From the IMG/VR virus record IMGVR_UViG_3300049846_000848, positions 17,384-81,383 of that record: a DNA stretch of 64,000 nucleotides. One strand, 5' to 3'. The translations under genes and the position numbers were made by a program. The notes below the pieces were generated by a model, which was not told where the DNA came from, made no database searches, and saw only the letters and a program-made list of their open reading frames with translations. The DNA comes from a virus. This document shows positions 9,737 through 18,516 of the stretch, piece after piece. The first letter of the stretch is position 1, and each line of letters opens with the position of its first letter.

Positions 9737-10045
9737 ATGTTTAATGATGTTCAAAATGATCTAGATGTTCAATTTTTAGGAGTACCTGAGGCTAAGACCG
9801 TAGGAGTCACCGCAGTACGACTAGACACAACCGTATTAGATGCCCGTGAGGGTATCACTCTATTCGCTAATAAGCGAGTCTATATCGGCGTAAGCAACGC
9901 CGTCACTACTTCAAATTATTACTGGGTACGCTTAGAGAAAGGTACCTTTATAGCATTAGGTCTTAAGGCTGGCGTCCAGGTATGGGCCATCTCTGATTCA
10001 GCTTCAGCTGGGGCGGACGATGTTATGATAGGACAATTCAAATAA
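9737..10045 (+). CDS. Putative small virion beta-sandwich protein
   Basis: ORF in structural operon; beta-rich (VYIG..VT..L..G pattern). Confidence 0.55.
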   Translation: MFNDVQNDLDVQFLGVPEAKTVGVTAVRLDTTVLDAREGITLFANKRVYIGVSNAVTTSNYYWVRLEKGTFIALGLKAGVQVWAISDSASAGADDVMIGQFK

Positions 10046-10527
10046 TGATACGATGGATTATTCAAGTAGCTAGATCTATCTTCTATGATAAGCTACTTAT
10101 CCCCACTAACTTAGGCGATACGATCCAAGAAGCGATCGACAACCTGTATTTGTTGCAACAAGGTACTGCTACCCCTAACCCATCCTTCGGTAGATCCGGT
10201 AACGTGACTCCAAATACCTGGTTATACCGTGTAGGATTGATACCTAGTAATAAGACTGGAGTACCCGTAGTATTAACTAATGCTAAGATAACTAAAATAC
10301 AGATAGGTACTGAAGACGTAGCCAATTATAGTTTAGAGATATATGAGCATGAAGGTAACGAAGTAAACCTAACTTATATAACTACTGTCAACGTATCTGG
10401 GGTCAGAACCTACGGGTTATCTACCTCACTAAATGTAACCACAGGAAGACAACTAGCTGTAATGGTTAAAACAGGTAGCCCTAAGAATATTGGAGTAGAT
10501 CTAGTCTTAAAGGGTGGAGTAGTTTAA
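10045..10527 (+). CDS. Putative virion structural protein
   Basis: TIQEAIDNL fibre-like motif plus beta domain. Confidence 0.55.
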   Translation: MIRWIIQVARSIFYDKLLIPTNLGDTIQEAIDNLYLLQQGTATPNPSFGRSGNVTPNTWLYRVGLIPSNKTGVPVVLTNAKITKIQIGTEDVANYSLEIYEHEGNEVNLTYITTVNVSGVRTYGLSTSLNVTTGRQLAVMVKTGSPKNIGVDLVLKGGVV

Positions 10528-10537
10528 GGATGATTAT

Positions 10538-11314
10538 ATGTCTAAAATACTAAAGAATACAACTGCAAGCCCTATAATTATATCAGATACTGGTATAACT
10601 TTACCAGCTTCTCCTGCTACCTATACTATACCCTATCAGGATTATCTTATATGGGGAGCTTCAAGTAATATAGTAGCTCACGTAGGCACTGGGGCAGTCA
10701 TAGTTAACGATGGTAGTCAAAACTTAAGCGCATCCGATGGGATGTCATTATTAAAAGGATTCTACCCTCACCAGATAATAGGAGCTACGACAGGTACTCC
10801 TATAGGTAATATTGCAGATCGTTTAAAAGTAGATACGATTATTACTCCTACTGCAGGGTCCATACCTAGCACGGATAATAAGCTTAGGTATGATGACATG
10901 AACGCATCTACTGGAGGTGTTGCTAGAGGTACTATAGTGCCTATTACTGGATGGACTCAAGTCTATTCATATACGGGTACTGGAATATTGTTCTCTTTTT
11001 TATTGAATATTGAAGAAAAATCATCATGGAGAGTAAGATTAGTAGTAGATGGTAATGAAATCTTTGGGTCTAACGGTATGTTAATGGGCGATCTGGTGTC
11101 AGATACTGCTTATGATTTAGACGATGCAGGTTCTCCTCTTTCATCTAATGAAGGTAACTTCGGATTAAGTTTGGAAGAGCATGATCGATTCGTGTGGAAC
11201 TGCCCAAACTCTTTCCCTATAAGATTCGATACCTCAGTACAGCTACTCGTCCAGCGTATAGCCACTACTAAGAAATTCCAAGCTGGTTTAATTATCTTAA
11301 CTAAAGAGACTTAA
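10538..11314 (+). CDS. Putative virion structural protein
   Basis: Beta-rich ORF in head operon. Confidence 0.55.
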   Translation: MSKILKNTTASPIIISDTGITLPASPATYTIPYQDYLIWGASSNIVAHVGTGAVIVNDGSQNLSASDGMSLLKGFYPHQIIGATTGTPIGNIADRLKVDTIITPTAGSIPSTDNKLRYDDMNASTGGVARGTIVPITGWTQVYSYTGTGILFSFLLNIEEKSSWRVRLVVDGNEIFGSNGMLMGDLVSDTAYDLDDAGSPLSSNEGNFGLSLEEHDRFVWNCPNSFPIRFDTSVQLLVQRIATTKKFQAGLIILTKET

Positions 11315-11315
11315 T

Positions 11316-11942
11316 ATGTTTAAAGTTACTTGGCCAGAAATTAAATCATTAGTCACCAGTAAACGATTGAATTTACAATATCTAGAGAATGATACTACTT
11401 ATAAGTTATGGATATTAGAAGGAAGTATGCCTATAATATGCGAACTATCTAAGAATCCTTCAGATACTACTCATTTAGATGATTTCGTAAATAACTACAA
11501 AGCCTCATGCAATAAGCCGTCGGTGACTAATACCTTAAACGTAGGAATAAGAGAGGCCCACAATCACCGAGCTAGATTGAAGGGTATAATTAATAATGCA
11601 TCTGCTCCAGTAAATACCACTACTTATTTCTATTGGACTATACCTCAATTAACTTGGCTGGGAGTTAATAAGCAATCCTATTTCGACGGGGTACAGTTCT
11701 TTACGGTGGACTCCTCTGCAGGAGATACCATATCACTATCAGTTACCGATGCCAGTGACAATGTATTAGAAACATTCTGCGAGGACTGGAATGTATTCCC
11801 TAATACTTTAGAGGAAGTAAAACTATATAAAGCTAGATTATATCCAGGTTATAAACTTAGGATAGCCTATACTAATTCATCGGCTACTAACGTAGCCAAG
11901 ATATCAGTAAACATATTTAGGCATTTAGATGAACTCACCTAA
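11316..11942 (+). CDS. Putative virion structural protein
   Basis: Coupled ORF in head operon. Confidence 0.55.
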   Translation: MFKVTWPEIKSLVTSKRLNLQYLENDTTYKLWILEGSMPIICELSKNPSDTTHLDDFVNNYKASCNKPSVTNTLNVGIREAHNHRARLKGIINNASAPVNTTTYFYWTIPQLTWLGVNKQSYFDGVQFFTVDSSAGDTISLSVTDASDNVLETFCEDWNVFPNTLEEVKLYKARLYPGYKLRIAYTNSSATNVAKISVNIFRHLDELT

Positions 11943-12471
11943 TAAGATATTCTTTGGTTATTCCAGACCAAAAAAGAAACTTCCTCTGCCTTTATTTAGC
12001 TGGGCTATACGCCTATTCTATGGGTGGATACCCTTCTCTCACGTAATGGTATTCTGGTATTCAGAGACAGCTAAAAGCCCTGTATATTATGAGGCTAGCG
12101 GGCATGAGCTAAAGTTCCTAGGGTTTAGAGCATTCCATCAACGATCGGAGCTAGTGGAAGTATGGTCCAGGGAAGTAACCCCTCTACAGCAGGCTCAATT
12201 AACCGACTACTGTATGCGTAAAGCCGGTACCAAGTATGGTACCTTGCAGATAATTGGGATCATCCTAGCCCGTCTATTAAGACTTAAATATAATCCTATA
12301 GATAGGGGTAGTTCAGCCCAGGTGTGCTCAGAAATAGCGGGGCGTATTATAGAAGATATCTTCAATGAATCCACGCACTTAGACTTAGATCTAGCTGGAC
12401 CCCCGGAATTACGGGAGTTTATGTTTCATTCTCCTAACTTCAAACTAGAGTGGTCGCGTATAATTAAATAG
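11929..12471 (+). CDS. Permuted papain-like NlpC/P60 (YiiX/YebB-like) enzyme
   Basis: FSHV (His) precedes KY and VCSEI (Cys), the permuted order. Confidence 0.7.
   Translation: MNSPNKIFFGYSRPKKKLPLPLFSWAIRLFYGWIPFSHVMVFWYSETAKSPVYYEASGHELKFLGFRAFHQRSELVEVWSREVTPLQQAQLTDYCMRKAGTKYGTLQIIGIILARLLRLKYNPIDRGSSAQVCSEIAGRIIEDIFNESTHLDLDLAGPPELREFMFHSPNFKLEWSRIIK
12457..12466 (+). promoter_or_regulatory. Putative late promoter CGTATAATTA
   Basis: Exact motif in the last codons of the upstream gene. Confidence 0.6.
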
Positions 12472-12477
12472 ATAGGC

Positions 12478-12801
12478 GTGGGGCAGGATGTTATTATGAA
12501 TAATGATAAGTTGTTAGAGTTGATTATCGCTAAGCAAGACCGAATGGACGACCACTTATCTGACATTAAAACTACACTAGCTCAGAACACCTCCGTTCTA
12601 GAAGAGCACCAAAGACGCTCCCTGGCCAATGAAGAAGCTGTATCCCTAATGCGATCTGAGTTTAAGCCTATCCGAGAACACGTTATTAAAGTCCAGACGT
12701 TCGCCCACATATTCAAGCTTATATGTGCCTGGACTGCCGGTATAACCGCCTTTCTACTGTCAGCCTTAGGGATATACGAGCTTATCCTAAAGCTATTCTA
12801 A
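12478..12801 (+). CDS. Coiled-coil protein with C-terminal TM helix (holin/XhlA-like)
   Basis: Heptad N-terminus, hydrophobic C-terminus; start may be ATG 12496. Confidence 0.5.
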   Translation: MGQDVIMNNDKLLELIIAKQDRMDDHLSDIKTTLAQNTSVLEEHQRRSLANEEAVSLMRSEFKPIREHVIKVQTFAHIFKLICAWTAGITAFLLSALGIYELILKLF

Positions 12802-12814
12802 TACCCCTTAAACC

Positions 12815-12824
12815 CGTATAATTA
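12815..12824 (+). promoter_or_regulatory. Putative late promoter CGTATAATTA(CTAGAG)
   Basis: Exact motif, intergenic. Confidence 0.75.
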
Positions 12825-12849
12825 CTAGAGACACCTTAAAGGAGCCCCC

Positions 12850-13563
12850 ATGGCTACTAATCAGACTCTTAATTCATTCGGGGTAAGACAACCAGCCCGC
12901 CCCATCGTAAGCCTATCCGATATTAAGGCATGGCTTAACATCCCAGAATCAGAGACTAAGTACGACCTAACCCTAAACATAATCAATGCGTCGGTAGCCC
13001 AAGAGTTCGAGCAATATATCGACAGCCCTATCCTAACTATCACCGTAGACGAGATATTTGATGCCGATAACTCCGACTCCATTGTACCTAGCCAGCGCCC
13101 AGTAAGACAGATCGACTACGTGTTTATGGATGACTCCGGTCAGTTTGATGGATTAACTACCCCAGCAGATCGGGAGGCTTCTAACATGAAGCTAGACCCT
13201 AGTTCATACTTCCTTAGGGATGATGGCACTATCGTAAGTAATAACTCTGCAGCTGGTATTGATCTATGGAACTATGTCTTCGGTTATGGTAAAGGTTCTA
13301 TCATGGTCCAGTATAAAGCGGGCTATGCTGATACTTTAGGTGAAGTGCCCTCAGATCTTAAGCATGCTGCGTTAATGCGCATTAACCAGCAATATCATCT
13401 AAAGCAAAACAATGCTATCAATGTTAAATCAAAATCAGCTAATGAGTCTTCCGTAACTTATGAGCTAGGTATGCCTAAAGAAGTTAAAGATATCCTAGAT
13501 CGCTATGTAGACTATTCGTTCCATAAAGCTAATACTAGAATCAAAAAGTATTACGAGTTATAA
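12850..13563 (+). CDS. Head-tail adaptor (gp6/gp15-like)
   Basis: VSLSDIKAWL, VQYKAGY, VPSDLKHA, MPKEVKDILDRY. Confidence 0.8.
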   Translation: MATNQTLNSFGVRQPARPIVSLSDIKAWLNIPESETKYDLTLNIINASVAQEFEQYIDSPILTITVDEIFDADNSDSIVPSQRPVRQIDYVFMDDSGQFDGLTTPADREASNMKLDPSSYFLRDDGTIVSNNSAAGIDLWNYVFGYGKGSIMVQYKAGYADTLGEVPSDLKHAALMRINQQYHLKQNNAINVKSKSANESSVTYELGMPKEVKDILDRYVDYSFHKANTRIKKYYEL

Positions 13564-13566
13564 TCT

Positions 13567-14103
13567 ATGTTAGGCATAGAAGTACAATCCGCCCTTAAAG
13601 AGTTCGGCTTAGCTATGCGTAACCTAGATCGCAAGCTAGATGCCGTTACTAAGTTATGGATTGTTCAAGCTGCCTTCATGATAGAGAATTCAGCTAAGAA
13701 AAAGGTATCGGAGACAGTCAATAAGAGGGTTAAGATACCTGGATTAATGCGTAGCGGATTATTATTAAACTCTATATCTAGTTCATTCGATTATAAGAAT
13801 GGACGAGCAGAAGCATTAATAGGCCCTAGAAACGTAATCTACGCTCGTATGAGAGAATATGGTGGAGTAGTCAGACCAAAGAAAGCTAAACGCTTATTCA
13901 TCCCTATATCACGTAAAGGTCAGCGTATTGGTCCTCAAAGAGATAAGTCTAAACGAGGAGACTTAAAGATGGGGGTAGACTTCGTCCTAGCTAAGCAAGC
14001 TGTAATACCAGCTAGACCATATATGCGGCCAGCTTACTTTAACAATCAAGACAAGATGATAGAGCTATTATTAGATATGATAGCTAAACGTCTATTAGGA
14101 TAA
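13567..14103 (+). CDS. HK97 gp10-like tail completion/morphogenesis protein
   Basis: RSGLLLNSI, YARMREYGG, IPARPYMRPA. Confidence 0.8.
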   Translation: MLGIEVQSALKEFGLAMRNLDRKLDAVTKLWIVQAAFMIENSAKKKVSETVNKRVKIPGLMRSGLLLNSISSSFDYKNGRAEALIGPRNVIYARMREYGGVVRPKKAKRLFIPISRKGQRIGPQRDKSKRGDLKMGVDFVLAKQAVIPARPYMRPAYFNNQDKMIELLLDMIAKRLLG

Positions 14104-14106
14104 TAT

Positions 14107-14577
14107 ATGGCTTGCGGTAATGGATCACGACGAGAGATACTAGACTCGCTAATACTTAGAGTAAAAAGTGTCACCAAAGCTAACGGTTATAGATTTAACG
14201 TAGTCGACTGTAATCTAGACTTAAAGAATCCAGAGCAACTAATGGAGCACGAGACTCCAATGGTTTACGTTATACCTACATCTGAGCGCAGGACTGGTGG
14301 AGTAGGCGGATTATACAAGGCTACATGGTCTATTGATCTCTATATCGTAGCTAAGCAAGTATCAATCCTAGAGATGTATGACCTAGTAGATGATATCGAA
14401 GATGCTTTATATGGGATTAAAGGACAACTACCTAAGCTACAGGGATGCTCTATTAATATGCTACGGGTAGTAGACGTAGCTATAGACGGTCAGATGCTAA
14501 CCCAAGAACAAAACTATAGCCAAGCCTTAATAGCAATAGAATTAGACTGGAGCCATCAAGCTCATCGCCAGCCTTAG
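14107..14577 (+). CDS. Putative tail terminator protein
   Basis: Position; VTKANGY motif; size. Confidence 0.6.
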   Translation: MACGNGSRREILDSLILRVKSVTKANGYRFNVVDCNLDLKNPEQLMEHETPMVYVIPTSERRTGGVGGLYKATWSIDLYIVAKQVSILEMYDLVDDIEDALYGIKGQLPKLQGCSINMLRVVDVAIDGQMLTQEQNYSQALIAIELDWSHQAHRQP

Positions 14578-15008
14578 ATCTTATCTATCTCACTAAATAT
14601 ATAATTATTACATTCAGTTAACTTCTGCTCTAGCATGGCTTTGTCGTTGTTCTTACGACATAACCCGCTGGGATGGGGCAGCTCGAAATAATCTATACCC
14701 CACTTATCTAAAGTCTTAACCGCCTCTTTACCTAAAGCCACCACCTTACAATTAGAGATATATTCAGTATTAGTAGAATCTAATCCAGTCTTATAATGCA
14801 CTGTAATAAAATCAACTACTTGTCGTATAGATATTATATGACATTGATTAATCATGTTGATCTGACTGTGATGGACATACATTCGACGACACCAATCCAT
14901 CAAGGTATCGTAGCTTTTAGTCCCCCAAAAAGCTAGGTAAGGGTGGACATTCTTAGGGCTAGGTTTATCTCCTACGAATAGAATCTGAGGGTAGTTAGCT
15001 GGCTTCAT
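14574..15008 (-). CDS. Uracil-DNA glycosylase superfamily protein
   Basis: ILFVGDKPS, VVALGKEA, LPHPS motifs; AGGAGGT SD before ATG 15008. Confidence 0.7.
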   Translation of the reverse strand: MKPANYPQILFVGDKPSPKNVHPYLAFWGTKSYDTLMDWCRRMYVHHSQINMINQCHIISIRQVVDFITVHYKTGLDSTNTEYISNCKVVALGKEAVKTLDKWGIDYFELPHPSGLCRKNNDKAMLEQKLTECNNYIFSEIDKI

Positions 15009-15034
15009 CCCACCTCCTGTATCAATAAAGGTAC

Positions 15035-15063
15035 TTGACATTAAGATCATAGTCAACTAAACT
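15035..15063 (+). promoter_or_regulatory. sigma70-like promoter TTGACA-17-TAAACT
   Basis: Consensus -35, 17-bp spacer, at start of non-structural block. Confidence 0.7.
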
Positions 15064-15069
15064 AATTTT

Positions 15070-15342
15070 ATGGATGAAAAGAAATATCCCGACATGATTA
15101 AAGACATAGCCAAGACTGACCCTTCGATCTATGCCAGCTATGATATATTAATAATCAAGTACTTACGATCATTAGAGTTATTAAATAAGCTGCATAAGGA
15201 TATGACTACCTTAATGGATACGGCTAATGAGATAGCCTTTCACGTCCCCGAGCAGTATATCCTTAAGTTCTCGCAACATTACGCTACTATTAAGGGTATG
15301 AAGTATGAGATCGAAGACAATATTAAAGAGATTAATCAATAA
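15070..15342 (+). CDS. Hypothetical protein
   Basis: ORF downstream of promoter. Confidence 0.6.
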   Translation: MDEKKYPDMIKDIAKTDPSIYASYDILIIKYLRSLELLNKLHKDMTTLMDTANEIAFHVPEQYILKFSQHYATIKGMKYEIEDNIKEINQ

Positions 15343-15351
15343 GGAGTATAG

Positions 15352-15660
15352 ATGGGAGCAGCATTAGCTATCTTAAATGAGACTGAAGTACTTGAGCCTA
15401 AGTTTAAAGATGGAGATGACGGAGGGGAAGCATTACCTCCAGATAAGATTACGGTACATAATACGGTTAATGGATGGTCTATTAAGCTATCTTTTACCCA
15501 AGAAGATGGGACTATTCTAGAAGAGCGGTTCTCATTCGTAGCCGGAGCTGAGCCAGCAGAACAAGCTGGATTTAACGCGGCTATTAAATTGATAGCAGCT
15601 GCCATGGGAACCGATCCAGCGAAGGTTAATATAACTAGTGATGAGGCTGTGGTTGAATAA
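15352..15660 (+). CDS. Hypothetical protein
   Basis: AAGGAG SD. Confidence 0.65.
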   Translation: MGAALAILNETEVLEPKFKDGDDGGEALPPDKITVHNTVNGWSIKLSFTQEDGTILEERFSFVAGAEPAEQAGFNAAIKLIAAAMGTDPAKVNITSDEAVVE

Positions 15661-15940
15661 CGCACAATCATTCAAAGATGCGGTACTGGCACTACGTCAC
15701 TGTACCAGTGAATATATTATAATTAAGAATAAAAAGGTAGCTGATCCAGAATTAGTAAACATAAGAAGGGAATTATTAGTATCTGCTCTATTCAGATATA
15801 GAAGAGTTAAAGCCGATGTACTCAGGGAGATAGCTAATAGGATCTTCACCCCAGATCAGACAAAGATACTAGACGCGGCTATGCGAACGGGGGATGCCGC
15901 TTATTCCAGAGCTAGACTAGCCATAAAGATAGGAGCATAA
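15638..15940 (+). CDS. Hypothetical protein
   Basis: Coupled ORF. Confidence 0.55.
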   Translation: MMRLWLNNAQSFKDAVLALRHCTSEYIIIKNKKVADPELVNIRRELLVSALFRYRRVKADVLREIANRIFTPDQTKILDAAMRTGDAAYSRARLAIKIGA

Positions 15941-15942
15941 CT

Positions 15943-16131
15943 ATGGCATGTAAACGATGCAAAAAGACCGTGTACGGAGTATTCGTTACTTATACTGAGA
16001 GCGGAGTCATAGCTTTACTTAAACTATTTCATAGACAAGAACAAGCACAAGCATTCGCTGACTTACAGTCCAATACTTTAGATACTAATATATTCACTAT
16101 AGCGGTACAAGAACTGCCAGTAGAGGCTTAG
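15943..16131 (+). CDS. Small CxxC protein
   Basis: AGGAG SD; MACKRC. Confidence 0.6.
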   Translation: MACKRCKKTVYGVFVTYTESGVIALLKLFHRQEQAQAFADLQSNTLDTNIFTIAVQELPVEA

Positions 16132-16725
16132 ATGATTAAGATAGCTATAGACCTAGAATTAGAAAGAAATAATGACGGAATACAGGTCACTGATTCCACC
16201 GTAGATAAGCCAGAAATCATTCAGCTAGGTATATGCGTATTCAATTCAGTTACTGGAGAGATATTACAGACTACCTCATTGGATATTCATAAGCCTTATA
16301 GACTATCCACCTATATACAAAAGCTAACTAAGATTAAGCCAGAAGATTTAAATAATTCTAGTTTAACCATCCATGACGCCTATAACTACCTAGTAGCTAT
16401 CAGGGATCAGTATGATGCTTCAAGGAATATTATTGAGTGGGGTGCCGGAGACATGGCTGCTCTTCTAGCTGAAGTTCAACCAGAACAGTCTAGCTTCGGC
16501 TCAGCTATAAACGCCAAGCACCTATACCAGATGATTATGCAGGCTAAGGGACTAAACGATAAAGGCGGATTAGCCAAATCCTTAGGTAAGCTAGGGATGC
16601 AATTTAAACCCTGGAATAACCACGGTAAGCACCAAGCCGGAGCTGACTCGTTTAATACTGCCAGGTTATACCTTAAGTTATTAGAATTATGTAAGACTAT
16701 TGACTTAACTATCATTAAGGTTTAA
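16132..16725 (+). CDS. DEDDh 3'-5' exonuclease
   Basis: IAIDLE, EIIQLG, WGAGD, HQAGADSFNTA. Confidence 0.85.
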   Translation: MIKIAIDLELERNNDGIQVTDSTVDKPEIIQLGICVFNSVTGEILQTTSLDIHKPYRLSTYIQKLTKIKPEDLNNSSLTIHDAYNYLVAIRDQYDASRNIIEWGAGDMAALLAEVQPEQSSFGSAINAKHLYQMIMQAKGLNDKGGLAKSLGKLGMQFKPWNNHGKHQAGADSFNTARLYLKLLELCKTIDLTIIKV

Positions 16726-16728
16726 CCT
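16700..16728 (+). promoter_or_regulatory. sigma70-like promoter TTGACT-17-TAACCT
   Basis: Near-consensus boxes with 17-bp spacer. Confidence 0.5.
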
Positions 16729-16746
16729 CTAGTAATGGAGGTACGT

Positions 16747-16971
16747 ATGAATACAGCTACTAACTACGCAGAAGAACATCGTAAGGAAGAAGAGTATCAA
16801 GCCAGGATAGCTAAGATACGTCAGATTCAACAATCTGGTGTATTTATGGATAGACTATACCCAGGTCCAGGTAAAGTTATTTATGTAGACTTTAAGTCTA
16901 AGCGCAAGATTAAAGAAGAAGTGTATGAATACGTCGGTAGCAGTCACTATTATGCCGGCAATCTTGAATAG
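16747..16971 (+). CDS. Hypothetical protein
   Basis: GGAGGT SD before ATG 16747; GKVIYVDF motif. Confidence 0.6.
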   Translation: MNTATNYAEEHRKEEEYQARIAKIRQIQQSGVFMDRLYPGPGKVIYVDFKSKRKIKEEVYEYVGSSHYYAGNLE

Positions 16972-16980
16972 GAGTTATTT

Positions 16981-17313
16981 ATGTCTAAAGTAATTTTCAT
17001 CTCATTACCTGTAGCGGACTATAAAGATCAGGTTATAGGCGATAAGGTTAGGGTAGAAAATGATAGTGGAGGTATCGAAAGTCTAGTAGAATCCTTTGGT
17101 AACTTCCTTAAAGCCATTGGATACAGTGAACAGACGGTAGACGCTTATCTAAATCCAGAACGAATAGAGCTAGATGAACGTGAACAAGAGGCTAAGATAG
17201 AAGCAGAGGTAGCTAGGAGAGTATCAGAAGCTCTGGAGGAGAAGCCAACTAAAAGAAAGTTACCTAAGTCTATGCCCTCATTCCTAATCAATGACGAGGA
17301 AGAGCATGCATAA
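16981..17313 (+). CDS. Hypothetical protein
   Basis: AGGAG SD. Confidence 0.65.
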   Translation: MSKVIFISLPVADYKDQVIGDKVRVENDSGGIESLVESFGNFLKAIGYSEQTVDAYLNPERIELDEREQEAKIEAEVARRVSEALEEKPTKRKLPKSMPSFLINDEEEHA

Positions 17314-17491
17314 CGACACGCTAACTATCCAATGTCCAACATGCGGCGAGACTGACGAGATAACTGAATTAGCCTATCGCAATGCCGATAGACTGTGCTG
17401 TAGACACTGTAATAAAGCTACTGATAAGTCAAGATTTAAGGCCTATATAACGGACACTAATTCTAGTGAACCTGACTGGGAAATGGATTAG
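17291..17491 (+). CDS. Small zinc-ribbon protein
   Basis: CPTC...CRHC. Confidence 0.6.
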   Translation: MTRKSMHNDTLTIQCPTCGETDEITELAYRNADRLCCRHCNKATDKSRFKAYITDTNSSEPDWEMD

Positions 17492-17495
17492 CGGC

Positions 17496-17819
17496 CTACT
17501 CCGGTAGGTCCGCTTCTCCTTCTGGTGCCCTTAGATTCTCTGGGGCAATTAAATCAAAATTATAGTAACAATCGTCGATTTCAAATTGTCTATCTTCTTC
17601 CGACATAACGAAGTCAGGATTCTCCCTAGTCTCTAACGCTATAGCATGATCTACTCGACCAGTACAGTACTCTAGTATCTGATCAAAATCTACCCCAGTC
17701 TCAACGTCATTATCTGAGTCTATAGTAAATGACTTAGGTACCGCCCCGTCTAGACCCTTATGCTTGACCTGGATGTTACACCCAACTACCACTAAACCTA
17801 TCAACCAACTGTATTTCAT
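17496..17819 (-). CDS. Lipoprotein
   Basis: MKYSWLIGLVVVGC lipobox-like signal; GGAGGT SD. Confidence 0.7.
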   Translation of the reverse strand: MKYSWLIGLVVVGCNIQVKHKGLDGAVPKSFTIDSDNDVETGVDFDQILEYCTGRVDHAIALETRENPDFVMSEEDRQFEIDDCYYNFDLIAPENLRAPEGEADLPE

Positions 17820-17848
17820 ACTTACCTCCATAATTAATATTACTACAC

Positions 17849-17877
17849 TTGCAAACTAAAATCAATTGATATAAACT
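17849..17877 (+). promoter_or_regulatory. sigma70-like promoter TTGCAA-17-TAAACT
   Basis: Intergenic; same -10 as the 15035 promoter. Confidence 0.6.
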
Positions 17878-17911
17878 AATCTAGACCGCCACCCAAACAT
17901 AGGAGTACCCA

Positions 17912-18166
17912 ATGTCTAAAGGTAAACGAGTAGCAGCTGGATTAGTAGGATCATTACTAGTCCTAAGTATTGGATTTAACGTAAAGCAAAGCCAAGATCT
18001 TAAATCAACTAAGGAAGAGCTAGCTCAGACCCAGACTCAATTAACCGAGCTAGAGCAAGCTAGTACCCAAGTTTTCAATAACTTAATGGGATGCGCTAGT
18101 GTGATTCAGATGGCTGCGCCTCAATGTCCGATCATTAAACAAATCATAGAATCAATGAGTAAGTAA
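17912..18166 (+). CDS. Membrane-anchored coiled-coil protein
   Basis: N-terminal TM helix plus heptads. Confidence 0.65.
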   Translation: MSKGKRVAAGLVGSLLVLSIGFNVKQSQDLKSTKEELAQTQTQLTELEQASTQVFNNLMGCASVIQMAAPQCPIIKQIIESMSK

Positions 18167-18167
18167 T

Positions 18168-18500
18168 ATGAAACGTACATTGACATGGGCTATAGCCTCA
18201 GTAGCTATAGCCGGTTTACTATATAGCGTAAATGATTATAAAAAGGTAGCTGACTTTAGGATTAAGCTAGATCACCTTAAATTTAGGCAAGGTGCTATCG
18301 TAAAGTTTAAAGTACCTAAGTTCTTCTCAGCTGTATGCCAGCCTATAGGAACAGTGGTAGCTTATGATATTGAGCTAGACGCCTATATTATAGGGGTAGG
18401 GTCAATACCAGAATTTAGTAACAATTGTCCTAATCCTCATTATATAAATGAGAGTGAGTTAACCTTAGTAAGAGATTCTATTTTGAAATTTTCAATTTAA
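18168..18500 (+). CDS. Hypothetical protein with N-terminal TM/signal
   Basis: Hydrophobic N-terminus. Confidence 0.6.
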   Translation: MKRTLTWAIASVAIAGLLYSVNDYKKVADFRIKLDHLKFRQGAIVKFKVPKFFSAVCQPIGTVVAYDIELDAYIIGVGSIPEFSNNCPNPHYINESELTLVRDSILKFSI

Positions 18501-18516
18501 CTAAACAAGGAGAAGT

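Noticed and set aside
11582-11591. GGTATAATTA near-match to the late motif
   Set aside because: Mismatch at the invariant C; mid-gene with no obvious internal start
14810-14822. Perfect IHF consensus AATCAACTACTTG
   Set aside because: Inside the UDG-like coding sequence and over 200 bp from a promoter; probably chance
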